Below, one piece after another: positions 1 to 12,124 of a stretch of DNA of 64,000 nt. A program made the translations under genes and the position numbers. This DNA comes from Antedon mediterranea (taxonomy: Eukaryota; Animalia; Echinodermata), in assembly GCF_964355755.1 (NCBI RefSeq), contig NC_092679.1:21497432-21561431 (forward strand), written 5' to 3'. The notes under the pieces were generated by a model. That model ran no database searches. It saw only the letters and a program-made list of their open reading frames with translations, and was not told the origin of the DNA. The number at the start of each line of letters is the position of its first letter. Position 1 is the first letter of the stretch.

Positions 1-74
1 ATCATTAGTGTGTCTACCTCTTCTTGGGTGTTCACGTGACTGTTACAATAGGATGATTAATATCACCTCAGCCT

Positions 75-1323
75 GTGAATCGCTATCTCATCATCGATGG
101 AATGGCAGTTGTTCAAACTCTTATGAATGTTCAGACTTTTACCACCTGCAAAGATTTTGTGGAGGCATTTGTAGCCTGCATAGATTCTCTACTTAACAAA
201 TACATTTATGTTGGTGGACGTGTTGTCTTTGACAATTATGAGAAGACACTTTCGCTTAAAGACGATATCCGATATCAATCATCTCCTCCTAACATTGTGG
301 AAATTATTGTGGAAGATTCCACACTGATTAAAAACAAAGCAATATTCTTGTCAAGCAACACGACAAAAGATCAACTCACAATTTATCTTGCCGACAAATC
401 AGTACGAAATTGTAAACATCCTATTGTAACAGTCATGCGACAAGATGAACACAAACACACCTGAACATTCCCCAACAACACCTGTGAGCACCCAAAGAAG
501 AGGTAGATATACTAATGATCCCTCATGGTATTGAAGTAGCATCTACACCAGGAAATGAAGTCGACTTATTTGTTTTAATTTTAAGGCGCCTACAACAGTT
601 AGGGGAAAATTCTGGTATTTTAACAGGCACAGCTGAAACAAGAAGAATTGCTCTTTAATCAATATACGATCCCCTTGGACCGGAAAAGGCAGCCAAACTA
701 CCAGGTTTCCATGCTATCACTGGATGTACACAGGAAAAAACAGCTTTTAAGATGTATATGAAGTCATCTCCTCACATCATAGAAGCGTTAGTCAAACTCG
801 GAGAAGACAATGTGCCATCTTTCAATGTGAAGGCAGGATGCGAGGAGTTTCTGTGCGGTCTTATTGAAACTAAAAGGGTGTCAGCCAAAGATTCATCAAC
901 CCTGAGATGGAAACGGTTCAAAACACTGCCAAATAATCAAGGTGTGGAAAAATTGCCACCAACGTCTGGAGCGTTGCACCAGCACATACTACGTGCACAT
1001 CTCCAGGCCAATATATATGGAGCCATGTAACTATTGACCCAATAATTCCCGATCCATGCCAAAACTTGGCTGGTTTATAGAGAACGGTAAACTAAGACCA
1101 GTATTATACGAGAAGCAAACTGCTCCAGAAGCAGTTGTGGAGCTAATACGGTGTTCATGTTTAAGTACATGTTCCCATAATACATGCACGTGCAAGAAAA
1201 ACAATCTACAATATACCGAGATGTGTAAATGCGAAACAGACGAGAATAACTGTCACAATATATGACCATTGTTGTCTACATCCGATTCGGACAGTGATAG
1301 TGATAACGAAAGTGACGACAAAT
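75..1323 (+). pseudogene. Disrupted XPG/PIN + Cys-rich C-terminal part of an Academ transposase
   Basis: ORF pieces 75-464, 752-1030 and 1056-1265 are collinear parts of one protein, separated by stops/frameshifts with no convincing introns. Confidence 0.7.
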
Positions 1324-1420
1324 AAGTAAAGTAATTAAACACAAATATTATTATGTTGTTATGTTGGTTCCTTTATAGCCCATATATTTAATCAAAGTTA
1401 AAGAAAAAACAATTTTATTA

Positions 1421-2440
1421 TGTGGCCATTTCAGATAAAAATGGCGGCCATGTTGGATAAAATGGCGACCATTTTGGTTGAAATGTCAGCCATTGTTCTG
1501 TTACACAAATGATGTGAAATATTATTTGAACATTTATTGTTACTTATATGACTGAATTTCCATCTCGATAAAACATCTTTTAATGCCATAAACTTACAAT
1601 ATTTAAAAAAAATTTGTCAAAAATGGCGACCAATTTGAAATTGCTGCCAACCCCCCTTGCCTATAAACACAAAATGGAGAAAATACTTTTTGGATTCAGT
1701 GATGTCTATTCTACAACATATCCAATTGTAAATATAGGTGAATAAAAAAATATTTGATTGATATATGTGGCAATTTTAGATAAAATGGTAGCCATATTGG
1801 CTAAAATGACAGCCATTTTGGGCATAATGGCGGCCATTTTGACTTGTTCAGTTACAAATATGATGTGAAATATTATTTAAACATTTATTGTTACTTTTAT
1901 GATTGAATTTCTATCTTGATAACATGTTTTAATGTCATAAACTTACAATATTTGAAACAATTTTGTCCAAAATGGCGGCCATTTTGAAATGGCTGCCAAT
2001 CCCCCTTGCGTATGAAAAAAAAAATGGAGCAAATACTTTTTGGATTCAGTGATGTCTATTCTACAACATATCTAATTTTTACCAAATATATGTGAATAAA
2101 AGTTTTAAAAAATATTTGATTGATATATGTGGCCATTTTAGATAAAATGGTGGCCATGTTGGATAAAATGGCAGCCATTTTGGGCATAATGGCGGCCATT
2201 TTGGCTTGTTCAGTTACAAAAATGATGTGAAATATTATGTGAACATTTATTGTTACTTTTATGATTGAATTTCTATCTCGATAACATCTTTTAATGCCAT
2301 ATACTTACAATATTTTGTCCAAAATGGCGGCCATTTTGAAATGGCTGCCAACACCCCTTGCGTATGAAAAAAAAAATGGAGCAAATACTTTTTGGATTCA
2401 GTGATGTCTATTCTACAACATATCCAAATTTTATGAAATA
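1421..2440. repeat. Three ~350-bp subterminal tandem repeats rich in AAAATGGCGGCCAT
   Basis: Blocks such as ATACTTTTTGGATTCAGTGATGTCTATTCTACAACATATC recur at ~1683, ~2033 and ~2385. Confidence 0.9.
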
Positions 2441-2508
2441 TAGCAAAAAAAAATGCAACTTTCCAAAATATCCTAGACTATAATCTTCTTTAGCTATTCT
2501 ACAAATAA

Positions 2509-2993
2509 AGGCCAATTCAGACAGCTTCGTACGACGAGGCCCAACGAAACGTCTTGACTCGTCGGTGTTTTTTAGGTCGTCGGGAGAACATTATATTAAA
2601 CATAATTATTTAAAGATGTATTGTCCCCCAAAAACATGAAAATGAAGATTAACTAAATCAGACTTTGAATAGGTTAATTTGTAGTTTTAATAAAGTTAAT
2701 CCCTTCCGTGAAAAAAAAAAAAAAATGTTTTCTCATATAAAATGACAAAATAAATGGTCAAATTCAACCAAAACCCATTGGCTGGCAGCCAATTTGACTA
2801 TATTTTGCTTTAAATTCCTTTTTTTTTCAGGTAAATACATTTTTTTTGGATTAAATTTTTTTTCAAAGTGGATAACTATTACGGTATGTGATAATAAAAT
2901 GGCATATTAAAAAAAAAAATGTTTTTAATAAATTGTTCAGGGGGACAATACATCTTTAACTTTCTCTTCGTACGACGCTGTTTGAGTTTGCCT
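2509..2993. mobile_element. Harbinger-like MITE with a Kolobok-type MITE nested inside
   Basis: Imperfect TIRs AGGCCAATTCAGACAGC..CGTACGA / TCGTACGACGCTGTTTGAGTTTGCCT enclose the 2614-2955 element. Confidence 0.55.
2614..2955. mobile_element. Kolobok-type MITE (TTAA TSD)
   Basis: TTAA|AGATGTATTGTCCCC ... GGGGACAATACATCT|TTAA; further copies at 4966-5311, 43766-44067, 50613-50960 and fragments near 44690, 51400, 55050-55181. Confidence 0.85.
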
Positions 2994-3174
2994 ATATTAT
3001 GTGCCCCACTCTATACTTTAAATCTCAATAAAGTCCTTCAAATATCATATTTTTCTTATGAAATCATGCACTGATACCCTGACCTAAATTGCGTTTTGCT
3101 GTTATAACTAAATTATTACGATATTGAAATTACAAACATAGATATGTCGTTGACTACAATGTTGGAATATACAG

Positions 3175-6100
3175 ATTTACCCATGACACAACCAAATATG
3201 GAAACTACGGCGGGTAAGTTTTAACCAAACTATTAAGCTATGTCAAGATAATAACATAAACACTCAATACATAGTAAAGAATAATATACTAACATAAAAT
3301 ATGTTTTTTCTCGATAGCTTATTTGCAACTACACACTGAACAATTTCTTTGTGGTGATGAAAACCAAGTTATATCATCGCCTGGATATCCAAACCAATAT
3401 GGAAACAACCAAAACATCAACTGGACATTTACTACTCACGTTGGAAGTTTGCTCTCTGTTGAATTCTACGATTTCTATCTTGAGGGATGTTGTGATTATG
3501 TGACTATTTACAGTGATGGAGACATGATTGGTAGATTCAGTGGTTCCAGTACACCACCAAAAACAATATCTACCAATAACACAATAACGGTTGTTTTCAG
3601 TACAGATGGTAGTGTGGTGGAGAAAGGATTTAAGGCTGAAGTATCTGTGTACCCGGAAGGTCAAGGTAGAGTTGATTATTATAATAATAATGAATGTTTA
3701 TGAAAGCAATGAAGATGATTTATATTCAACCATGTAGTTAGACAAATTCAACGGTTTACCAAAGCATTTGCCATCGTTGTAAATACTGAGATTGGAAACA
3801 ACTGATGTTTAGCCGATTTTCATGCTATATCTTGTTCAGCTGAACAAAACATCCTGTAGTATCGTGCAACTCACTGGCAGAAGAACATTGACAACGCTTT
3901 TGAAGAAGAAGGCTAGAATGTCAAGAGAGGTTATTTAGATGAAGGTTGCTGTCAGAAGACATGATAATGCAGGATGTTTATTGTCGCTAAACACGATACC
4001 GCTTGCGCATCAGGTGGTTTCTAAACAACTCTTTTGGACTGACAACGTTTATCATTATCCATGTTTTTTTTTCCTTTCCTCATCAGATGGCGAATGTTCT
4101 AACTTCAACGAAGGATTTTCTGACTGGGCTAACGTTGGTCCTAATAAGTGGTACCGGTCCTCCCAACGATATGTTAGCTATGAAGATCTAGGCAGCCGTT
4201 ACTCGGGATCAGGTAAAATATACTACGATTGATTCAATCATAATAAAAACCACACATAAACCGTATAAAAGTGAAGAATTGAATTGAACTCAATGTTCTA
4301 TCTTTTACTTTAATAAAGGAAGAAACCTATGAATGAAAACAAAACAAACAAACATAATAACGGCACATTCACTATTCTATTTGGTGTTCAATCATTACAT
4401 AAATGAGAGAAACAAACATGGAGCTTATGAATACAATATTACGTCACAGTTATTATATTTGCAATTGCCATACACTATTTCTATTTGATTTCAGATTATT
4501 ACATAAATGTGAGATGCAGTTATGGGGAAAGCGGAAACAAACATGGATATCTTAGTAATCACAATATACCAGAAAGTTGGAACCAAGCCTGTCTTCGATT
4601 TAACTATTATATGAGTGGATATTCAAGCCAACAGATCGATATATATCATTATTTTAACTATTATGATTCAGAAATTTTGTTTAGAGATTATGACGATTTC
4701 AGTCAAAAATGGAAGTCAAAAAGTATCGATTTCATTAGTAATAACTCCTCATTGACAATTTATGGTAGAGCCAATGGCGGTTATTACGATACAGAGATGG
4801 TTGCCATCGATGATATTTATATTAGTAAAGGAGCATGCTCCGAATATCCAGGTAAGTTATTAATATTGTTCATATTTACAATAGTGCAATTTATGGATGT
4901 TGCATGCGATTTTGATAATTAATATTTCCAAAGTAGAAATATATATTATTTATATAAACCATTAAAGATGTATTGTCCCCCAAAAACATAAAAAATGAAG
5001 ATTTATAAAATCAGACTTTGAATAGGCCATTTTGTAGTTTTAACAAACTTAATCACTTCCGTAGGAAAAAAAACCTGAATAACTAATATTTTCACTAATA
5101 AAATGAAAAAAAACCCGGTTAAATTTAACCAAAAACATATTGGCTGCCAGCCAATTTGACTATGTTTTGCTTTAAATTACAGTTTTTTTTAGGTAAAATA
5201 TTTTTTTTTCGATCCAATTTTTGGTAAAAGTGAATAACTATTATGTGGCATTAAAATGGCATATTCAAAAAAAATTAAAAAAAAATATTTTTTCAGGGGA
5301 ACAATACATCATTAAGGTATTTGTCACAAATTTCTCAATGAACAGATCAAACTTCTCCTTAAGAGTAAGAATTTCTAACAATATCGCCTAGTAATTGACT
5401 TCAAATTTCAACATTTGGTAGATGTAGTTATATAGGCACCTGCACCAACAAGTATAATTTAAATAAAAACACGTTTCTTGATTTCTAAAATGTTGCGTGA
5501 TTTAATCTTAAATGTGAAAGTAGACACCATTCGTATATTGTATTCAATGGATTCTCCTTGCCATTCTTCGAATAATTTTTTAATCGTACACGCATTTCCC
5601 TATAGATATACTACAGACTACAGCATCTCCTGAAAGAAGTACACAGTATCTAACCACATTTGAAGAAATTAGAACAACTGGTATGTAACTATTTTTTCAA
5701 AACGTATAAATAAAAAATGTATAATATGTACAAATGTTTGCTCATCATTCCCCCTTTCAGTTACCATCATTCATATTTAGCCTACACTCTTTCTCCTACA
5801 GAAATATCACCAACTACAGCCTCTCCCACAACTCAGCTTATTGTTACAACCCCTGAATGGATACAAACTGGTGAGTAATAAAACATGTCATTTATTTTGT
5901 TAAATTATTCTGCAGAGAACCTTATTATGATGAGTGGATATGTGTGACAGTGTGTATGAGTACACCGGGGTCTCAGAAGATTTACAAGTTCTTTAAATCG
6001 CACATGACTGAGATATGATGTACACTGGACCTACAACCACGTCAAGTGATCCAAGAAGCACCATGGAGCGAGTGAGCGCGCCTCGAACCCTTGCCGAACA

Positions 6101-8215
6101 AATGTGCTGTGCAATAATTCATACGGTACTTTTCTTTTCAGATGTTGTATGCAGTAATTCATACATGACAGTTTACCTTGATGCGGCTTCGCTTGAAAGT
6201 AATAGCACCGCACACTTTATCGACCCGATGTGTGGCACGATGGGATACACGTATCGTAACGGCATGTATTGGCTGTATTTATATACTAGATACGATCAAT
6301 GTCAAACCACTATGAAGGTACGCCTACTGTACAAAAGATCATAAATGTTACATTAAATAAAACAGTGACAAAATATTCCCACAATAAAACTCTTTGGTAC
6401 ATTTAAATCCAGGATTTTTTCTCTTGTTTGTTCTTAGAACAATTCACAAATTTTGTAATTTTTCTTTTTATCACGATGTAAAATCTTTCTTTGTGCTTTA
6501 TTTTTAGTCGACATTGGCTTCAACAACTTACAAAAATCAGGTAATTGTATCAAATGAAGGGGTTTCCACGATTTATAGGAAAGATGACAGTCGCATAACC
6601 GTCGAATGTGACCTAAAAAATACAGGTCACTCATCCGTTAGTTTTGATACATTGGGAACCGAAAAAGATTACCTAAAACGCGAACACGATAACTTTACTT
6701 TCGCAATGGAGCTGTACACAGACAGCAGTTATTCTACCCCATACCCGAGTTGGCAGTATCCGATCACATTGGAACTTGGAAGTAAAGTGTTTGTTGGTGC
6801 GAGTGTGAAGACTTTTAGTAATGATATGGTTCTGTTTGTCGATTCTTGCAAAGCCACACCAAACCCAGACCCTGATGCTCAGCCTAACTATGATATAATT
6901 AAAAACAGGTAGGCATAATATCAAAAATAATAATAATGCTTTGCACAGTAAATAGGATGAATTTAAAGCGTTTTTTTGGTTTTAAGTGATTCTACCTGGT
7001 TATCAATGGTTTAGAATAATTTTCATTTTGTTTATAATAAGTTGAATGGTTGTATTGACTAAATGTTTAGCTTCCACGGCAAAACAATAATAAAGTTGGA
7101 TCTTTGTTTTGTTTGCCAATTGTACACAACCGATTTCCTTTCTACTGACTCATATGAATATTTTCAGACTGCATTACCCAAAACAACCCTTATAAATGCC
7201 ACACGTGCCACACATGCGCACAGTGTCACGGTATTTACGTACCTATAGATAAAGTAGAAATGTCTACTTTGAAGCAGTAACAATTACTTCAGAGTTACTT
7301 AACAAAGTCATTTTAGATGGATGTATAGGCTAATACATGAATAAACCTTTTCTATCTTCTCTAGTTGTGATACAGACTCGACGGTTAGCTTTGACGGAAA
7401 ATCAACAGACGGAGATTTTTCCCGGGCGTTCTTTTCGTTTGAAACTTTTGGCTTCAACGGCGAACACTCAACGGTATAAATAAAATACAACTAATTATAG
7501 AGTTAATTTTAATATAATTAATTAATAAAATTTCTCCGGATACAATAAGTATGAAATGTAATCATGCACTTTTCATAGTAAGCTATTTGACGTTCTTCTT
7601 TTTGTTTCTAAATTAATATAGATTTTTGTTCATTGTCAACTTTCCATTTGCAATGAGAGTGACTGGAGATGCTCTAGGAACTGTAACCAACGACAACGCC
7701 GTGACGTCACACTACCCAATAAATTGTCTGACAGCATTTCGATTGAACTTGGACCTTTGGTGCTGAAAAGTCAAGATGCGAGCTCGAACATTTTACTTGA
7801 CGCTAAAGGTATACAATAATTTATTTACCTTTTTTTTAATGTCCTAAATACGATAATTGTAGGCTTAAAATTAGAATTTTTTTTTCTTTTGGGAAATAAA
7901 AACCGGAAAATGTTTAAGAATCAATAAACAACATTCAGATTTATATTTCACTATTTTCCTTTTTACATATACAATTCAATACTTTTTAATAAATAAAAAA
8001 TACATTTGTCAAAAATTTTGTAAATGATTTGTAATTATCTTTATTATTTATTTTCAGAGTCAACATCAACTGACGAATTCCAATCTTTTCCATCGATTTT
8101 GTTGATTGCTCTAAGTCTTGTTGTCATGGCAATAGGATGCAGCCTTTGGGTTATGGGCAGGAAAAATGACAAGACGTCTTACCAGAAACTGGAAAATCAC
8201 GTGGAAGAGATGTGA
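3175..8215 (+). CDS. CUB-MAM-ZP-transmembrane protein, paralog 1 (5' exons not found in window)
   Basis: Approximate exons: 3175-3213, 3318-3665 (CUB: ISSPGYPNQY, FSTDGSV), 4087-4212, 4495-4851 (MAM: CLRFNYYM, VAIDDI), 5605-5680, 5802-5870 (S/T linker), 6141-6317, 6508-6907, 7364-7473, 7622-7808 (ZP, furin site RQRR), 8058-8215 (TM, YQKL tail). Confidence 0.88.
4966..5311. mobile_element. Kolobok-type MITE copy in intron
   Basis: Same termini and internal sequence as 2614-2955, flanked by TTAA on both sides. Confidence 0.85.
5925..6110 (-). mobile_element. Possible tRNA-derived SINE remnant
   Basis: Minus strand shows a B-box-like GGTTCGAGG followed by a GC-richer body; the CCGGTGTACT motif recurs near 44885. 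Confidence 0.3.
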
Positions 8216-8340
8216 AGCAAGAAGCTTTACTTTAGATTAAATTAGAAATGCTTACATTAATTAGATTCTACTGTTTGGCTTATTCTGTTCTGTTTCCAAA
8301 ATGTTATTTCAACCAATACAGTATACCAACTTCAAATTAT

Positions 8341-8905
8341 GTCGTTTAAATTAAATTAATTAAATTAATTAAAAAACACTTACAAAGTCTATTTAAAATT
8401 AATATCAATAAAGTTGTTTTGTTTCTTTAGTTTGGTGTAGTTTCTTTCTGAATTATATTAAAATATTTACGTATTTGGAAAAACTATTTATGAATTACAT
8501 GCCTTATGTTTACATAAGTCGTGTCATGATCGTCGTTTAAATTAAATTATTAATCGTGAAATCATATAAAACAGTTACAAAGTATATTTAAAATTAATAT
8601 CAATAAAGTTGTTTTGTTTCTTTAGTTTGGTGTAGTTTCTTTCTGAATTATATTAAAATATTTACGTATTTGGAAAAACTATTTATGAATTACATGCCTT
8701 ATGTTTACATAAGTCGTGTCATGATCGTCGTTTAAATTAAATTATTAATCGTGAAATCATATAAAACAGTTACAAAGTATATTTAAAATTAATATCAATA
8801 AAGTTGTTTTGTTTCTTTAGTTTGGTGTAGTTTCTTTCTGAATTATATTAAAATATTTACGTATTTGGAAAAAACTATTTATGAATTACATGCCTTATGT
8901 TTACA
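8341..8905 (+). repeat. Three ~195-bp tandem repeats in the 3' UTR, each with AATAAA
   Basis: AATATCAATAAAGTTG occurs at 8401, 8596 and 8791 in near-identical context. Confidence 0.92.
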
Positions 8906-11900
8906 TATCTATTTTCCCAAATGTATTCATTATTTATAGTTTTTAAATTATTGCCCAAATAAAAATATTTTTCTGATCTAATAATCTTGTGTAATTATTT
9001 ACGTTAGTTGAAAAATGTTGACATTGGAAATATAGAAGATGATGAGGAAGATGTTGATGGCGATGTTGATATAAATAAATAAGATTATTGTTGTTGGAAA
9101 TGATAAGAGGTTCTGATAACTTCAACTTTATGTTGATTATGATTATGCTAATGATATAATGTTGATGAAATGTTAATTACTTATTATGGATTACTGGCGA
9201 CGACGAGGTGGTTGTGTCGATATTGATTAAAATGAAAAGCCTAATGATATAATGTTGATGAAATCTTAATTATCATGAAAGTGAATCAATTGAATGATGA
9301 TAATGTTGATGATTAAAATGTCTGCTGATGAAATGTAAATAGTTATTATGGGCGTGTTACTGATTACGAAAATGAAGATTTGATGATGATTAAACTGTTA
9401 AATTTAGTAAGTTACGATGGTGGTGATGATGACTAAAACGTAACCTTCTTGATGGTATAATGATGATTAGATGTAATGAATTTGTTGGCGACGATGATGA
9501 AACTGTTGATTAAAATGGTAACACTGTTTATAAATATTGATAATTTTTTTTTTCTTTTAACCTTTTCTTTTTTCTTTTGTGGGTTTCCCACTTTAATTTC
9601 ATCGTCATTAACATTGTTTCATTCATTATGATTTTTACATTTATACATCTAATTTATCATAATTACATAATTACAGTATTCGGTTTGCTACATGCTACAA
9701 ACCATAACCAAACTATTTGCAGTATAGGAATGTAGAAAACATGTACCAATTCGTTTAACCTTTATGTTATACAATTGTTGTATTCTTTTGTTTTGACCTG
9801 AAAAATGGAAATAAAAACCAAAGCTGAAATAGACAGTAGAAAACACCACCTGCAGTGAATCTTGGGAAAGAACTTATAACACAAGAATCTCCTGTTCGTC
9901 CGAAGCGCGTAACAATTTCGAAAGGCATTGTGGGATAGAATAGAGCTATGGGTGGCGCCATTGTGAGCCATGGAGTAGGGCGCCCGCATCAAATTAGAAA
10001 GTCAAAATCATAGAGGGGATCTGCTAATGCTCTAGGGGGGATAGAGTAATTGACTGAGGAGTAGGGCGCCCGCATCAAATTAGAAAGTCAAAATCATAGA
10101 GGGGATCTGCTAATACTCTAGGGGGGGGGGGGGGTAGAGTAATTGACTTCCTAGTTTGGAGGGGGCGCTGCTCCATGCAGTTTGGCCTTTTAAGCCTGTA
10201 CTTCCGATACTGTGTTTTGAATGCAAATTGAAGAACAGGAGATTCTTGTGTTATAAGTTCTTTGATCTTGGGCAGATTGAAAGATTTTTTTCCAAATGAT
10301 CGTAAAATCAAAACGGTACTGGGTATGACCAAATAGCGTTCATGTTCCCAACTAGTAAGAATACCTGATGAAGAAGCCAATATGTGGAGACTGTAGAATG
10401 AAACCGAGAATTTAGTTGATATAAGTTATGAATGTTTTATTAGGATACAATTGTACGATGTATGTATGTATATATTAATACTTTGCAGTTGTGGTGTTAC
10501 GTTTGAATAATTGTGTACAGTATAACAATTCATTCAATTATACAAACTTTCAGTAACTCTTATCAATAAAAAAAACTGTTAGTATTAAATTTTATGAGAT
10601 TAAATATACATAAGGAAGAAAAGCAAAGATATTATGGAGCGGCTATTCCAGAATATACAATATCAAGTTTTGTACTTTACGCGATATCGTGTCAATGTCG
10701 AGCGGCCACAGCCTGCACTGTTTCACAATTTGAAGTCTTTTTTATTTAAAAATTGAAAAGGGGGTATAGGCTATCATGTACAGTAGGTCGGTGACCCAAG
10801 GGGCATCTGATCTGTAATACCTTAATTTCAAATCATATTATTTACGAAGTACAATAAATAGCAGAACTATACTGTATAATCTATCGTTCATTATCACAAG
10901 ATTAGAACTGATAATATATCAAAGAAATAAACAAAATATATTGTTTATATTATATAGTGCATCATAAACAATAAAGCCATAAGGTAAGGAGAACTTAACA
11001 TGTGTTTTATTTCATTGATTAGGTAAGAAACCTAATTAAACTGAAGATTGCTAGATCGACCGTGATAGTCAGTCTGCACGCTATTTGATAGTATTTGATA
11101 ACGGGAATTCTAAACACGCATGGTGACGAAATAACTTTTAAAACAATACTTGGCAAAATACAAATGCCGACAGATCGCGTGCGATTTAATATTTCGGCCG
11201 ATATTGAAGATACTGATTACTAGATTAATTTAATATTATGACGTCACCAATATATCGATTTCCTGAAAAATGGCATGTTGTCTGGTATTATACTTTTGAG
11301 ATATTACTGTTAGGTAGAACAATTACATTATTAGTGAGCAGAACATGATGCTCATCCATATACATTAAAAATGAATAGAAATTTTTCAAATTCGGGTGAA
11401 CTATAACAAATTGCAGATGTTTTAAGTACTGTATTTTCACACGAAACAAAAGTTTAAAAACAAGTTTCCAATCTCCTCTTTATATTTCCATATAATTCTG
11501 TACTAACAATAATACTATTAAACGTCGTACTATGCGTAGGCCTAATTCCGACAAAATGTTGTTATTACCATATTTATAAAAATTAATGACTGTTTGTGAA
11601 CAGGAATGCAAGACCTAGTATTACTTTATATCGTTCAAAATGACGTAGCAATATTTGAGTTTGAATCACTTAATTTTCTTACTCTGTACTTGGGTATAGA
11701 AACAAATATTAATCATGACATTTAAAAAAAAAGAAAGCTTACAGTATATTCTTAAACAACATTATGAGAGGAAAGATTTCCCAACTAACAAATCAAACCA
11801 ATCAAGTAGGCCTATGTGTAAAGTATATAAGTATAACATAGAAGAGGACAATTTAATAAATGAAGAGCCAACAACATCGAGGCAACTAAAAGACAAGCTG

Positions 11901-12059
11901 GTATAAAATGAAAACAAAGGTAAAATATACAAATGACGAAGAAGTCTGTCTGTCCATCAATGCAAGAATGTTAACAGTTAGATATGAGTTAATAAATAAA
12001 ACTATCAGCTGAAAGAAATATCATTGTCAACATATGGTCGTTCTCATGGATACTCAGTC

Positions 12060-12066
12060 TATATAA
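12060..12066 (+). promoter_or_regulatory. Candidate TATA box of paralog 2
   Basis: TATATAA ~60 nt upstream of the signal-peptide ATG at 12125. Confidence 0.4.
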
Positions 12067-12124
12067 CAAGGCTTAAACAGTAAATGATAATATACAATTC
12101 CTCTTTGTAACTGGCTGTTTCAAG

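Larger units (their letters stand above)
1..2480 (+). mobile_element. Academ-like DNA transposon, decayed 3' portion (5' end outside window)
   Basis: Fragmented ORFs give PIN/XPG-like motifs (YLIIDGMAVVQ, VVFDNY, LPPT..ALHQHILRAHLQ) followed by a Cys-rich finger (IRCSC..C..C.C..). The region ends in ...ATATCCTAGACTA at 2480. XPG + Cys8 finger and TAG...CTA termini are Academ hallmarks. Confidence 0.7.

Noticed and set aside
9000-9540. Coding or structured element in the GAT/GTT-rich tract
   Set aside because: Low-complexity decayed simple repeat with stops in all frames.
10361-10410. Hammerhead motif at CTGATGA...GAAA
   Set aside because: No credible stem II or stem I pairing.
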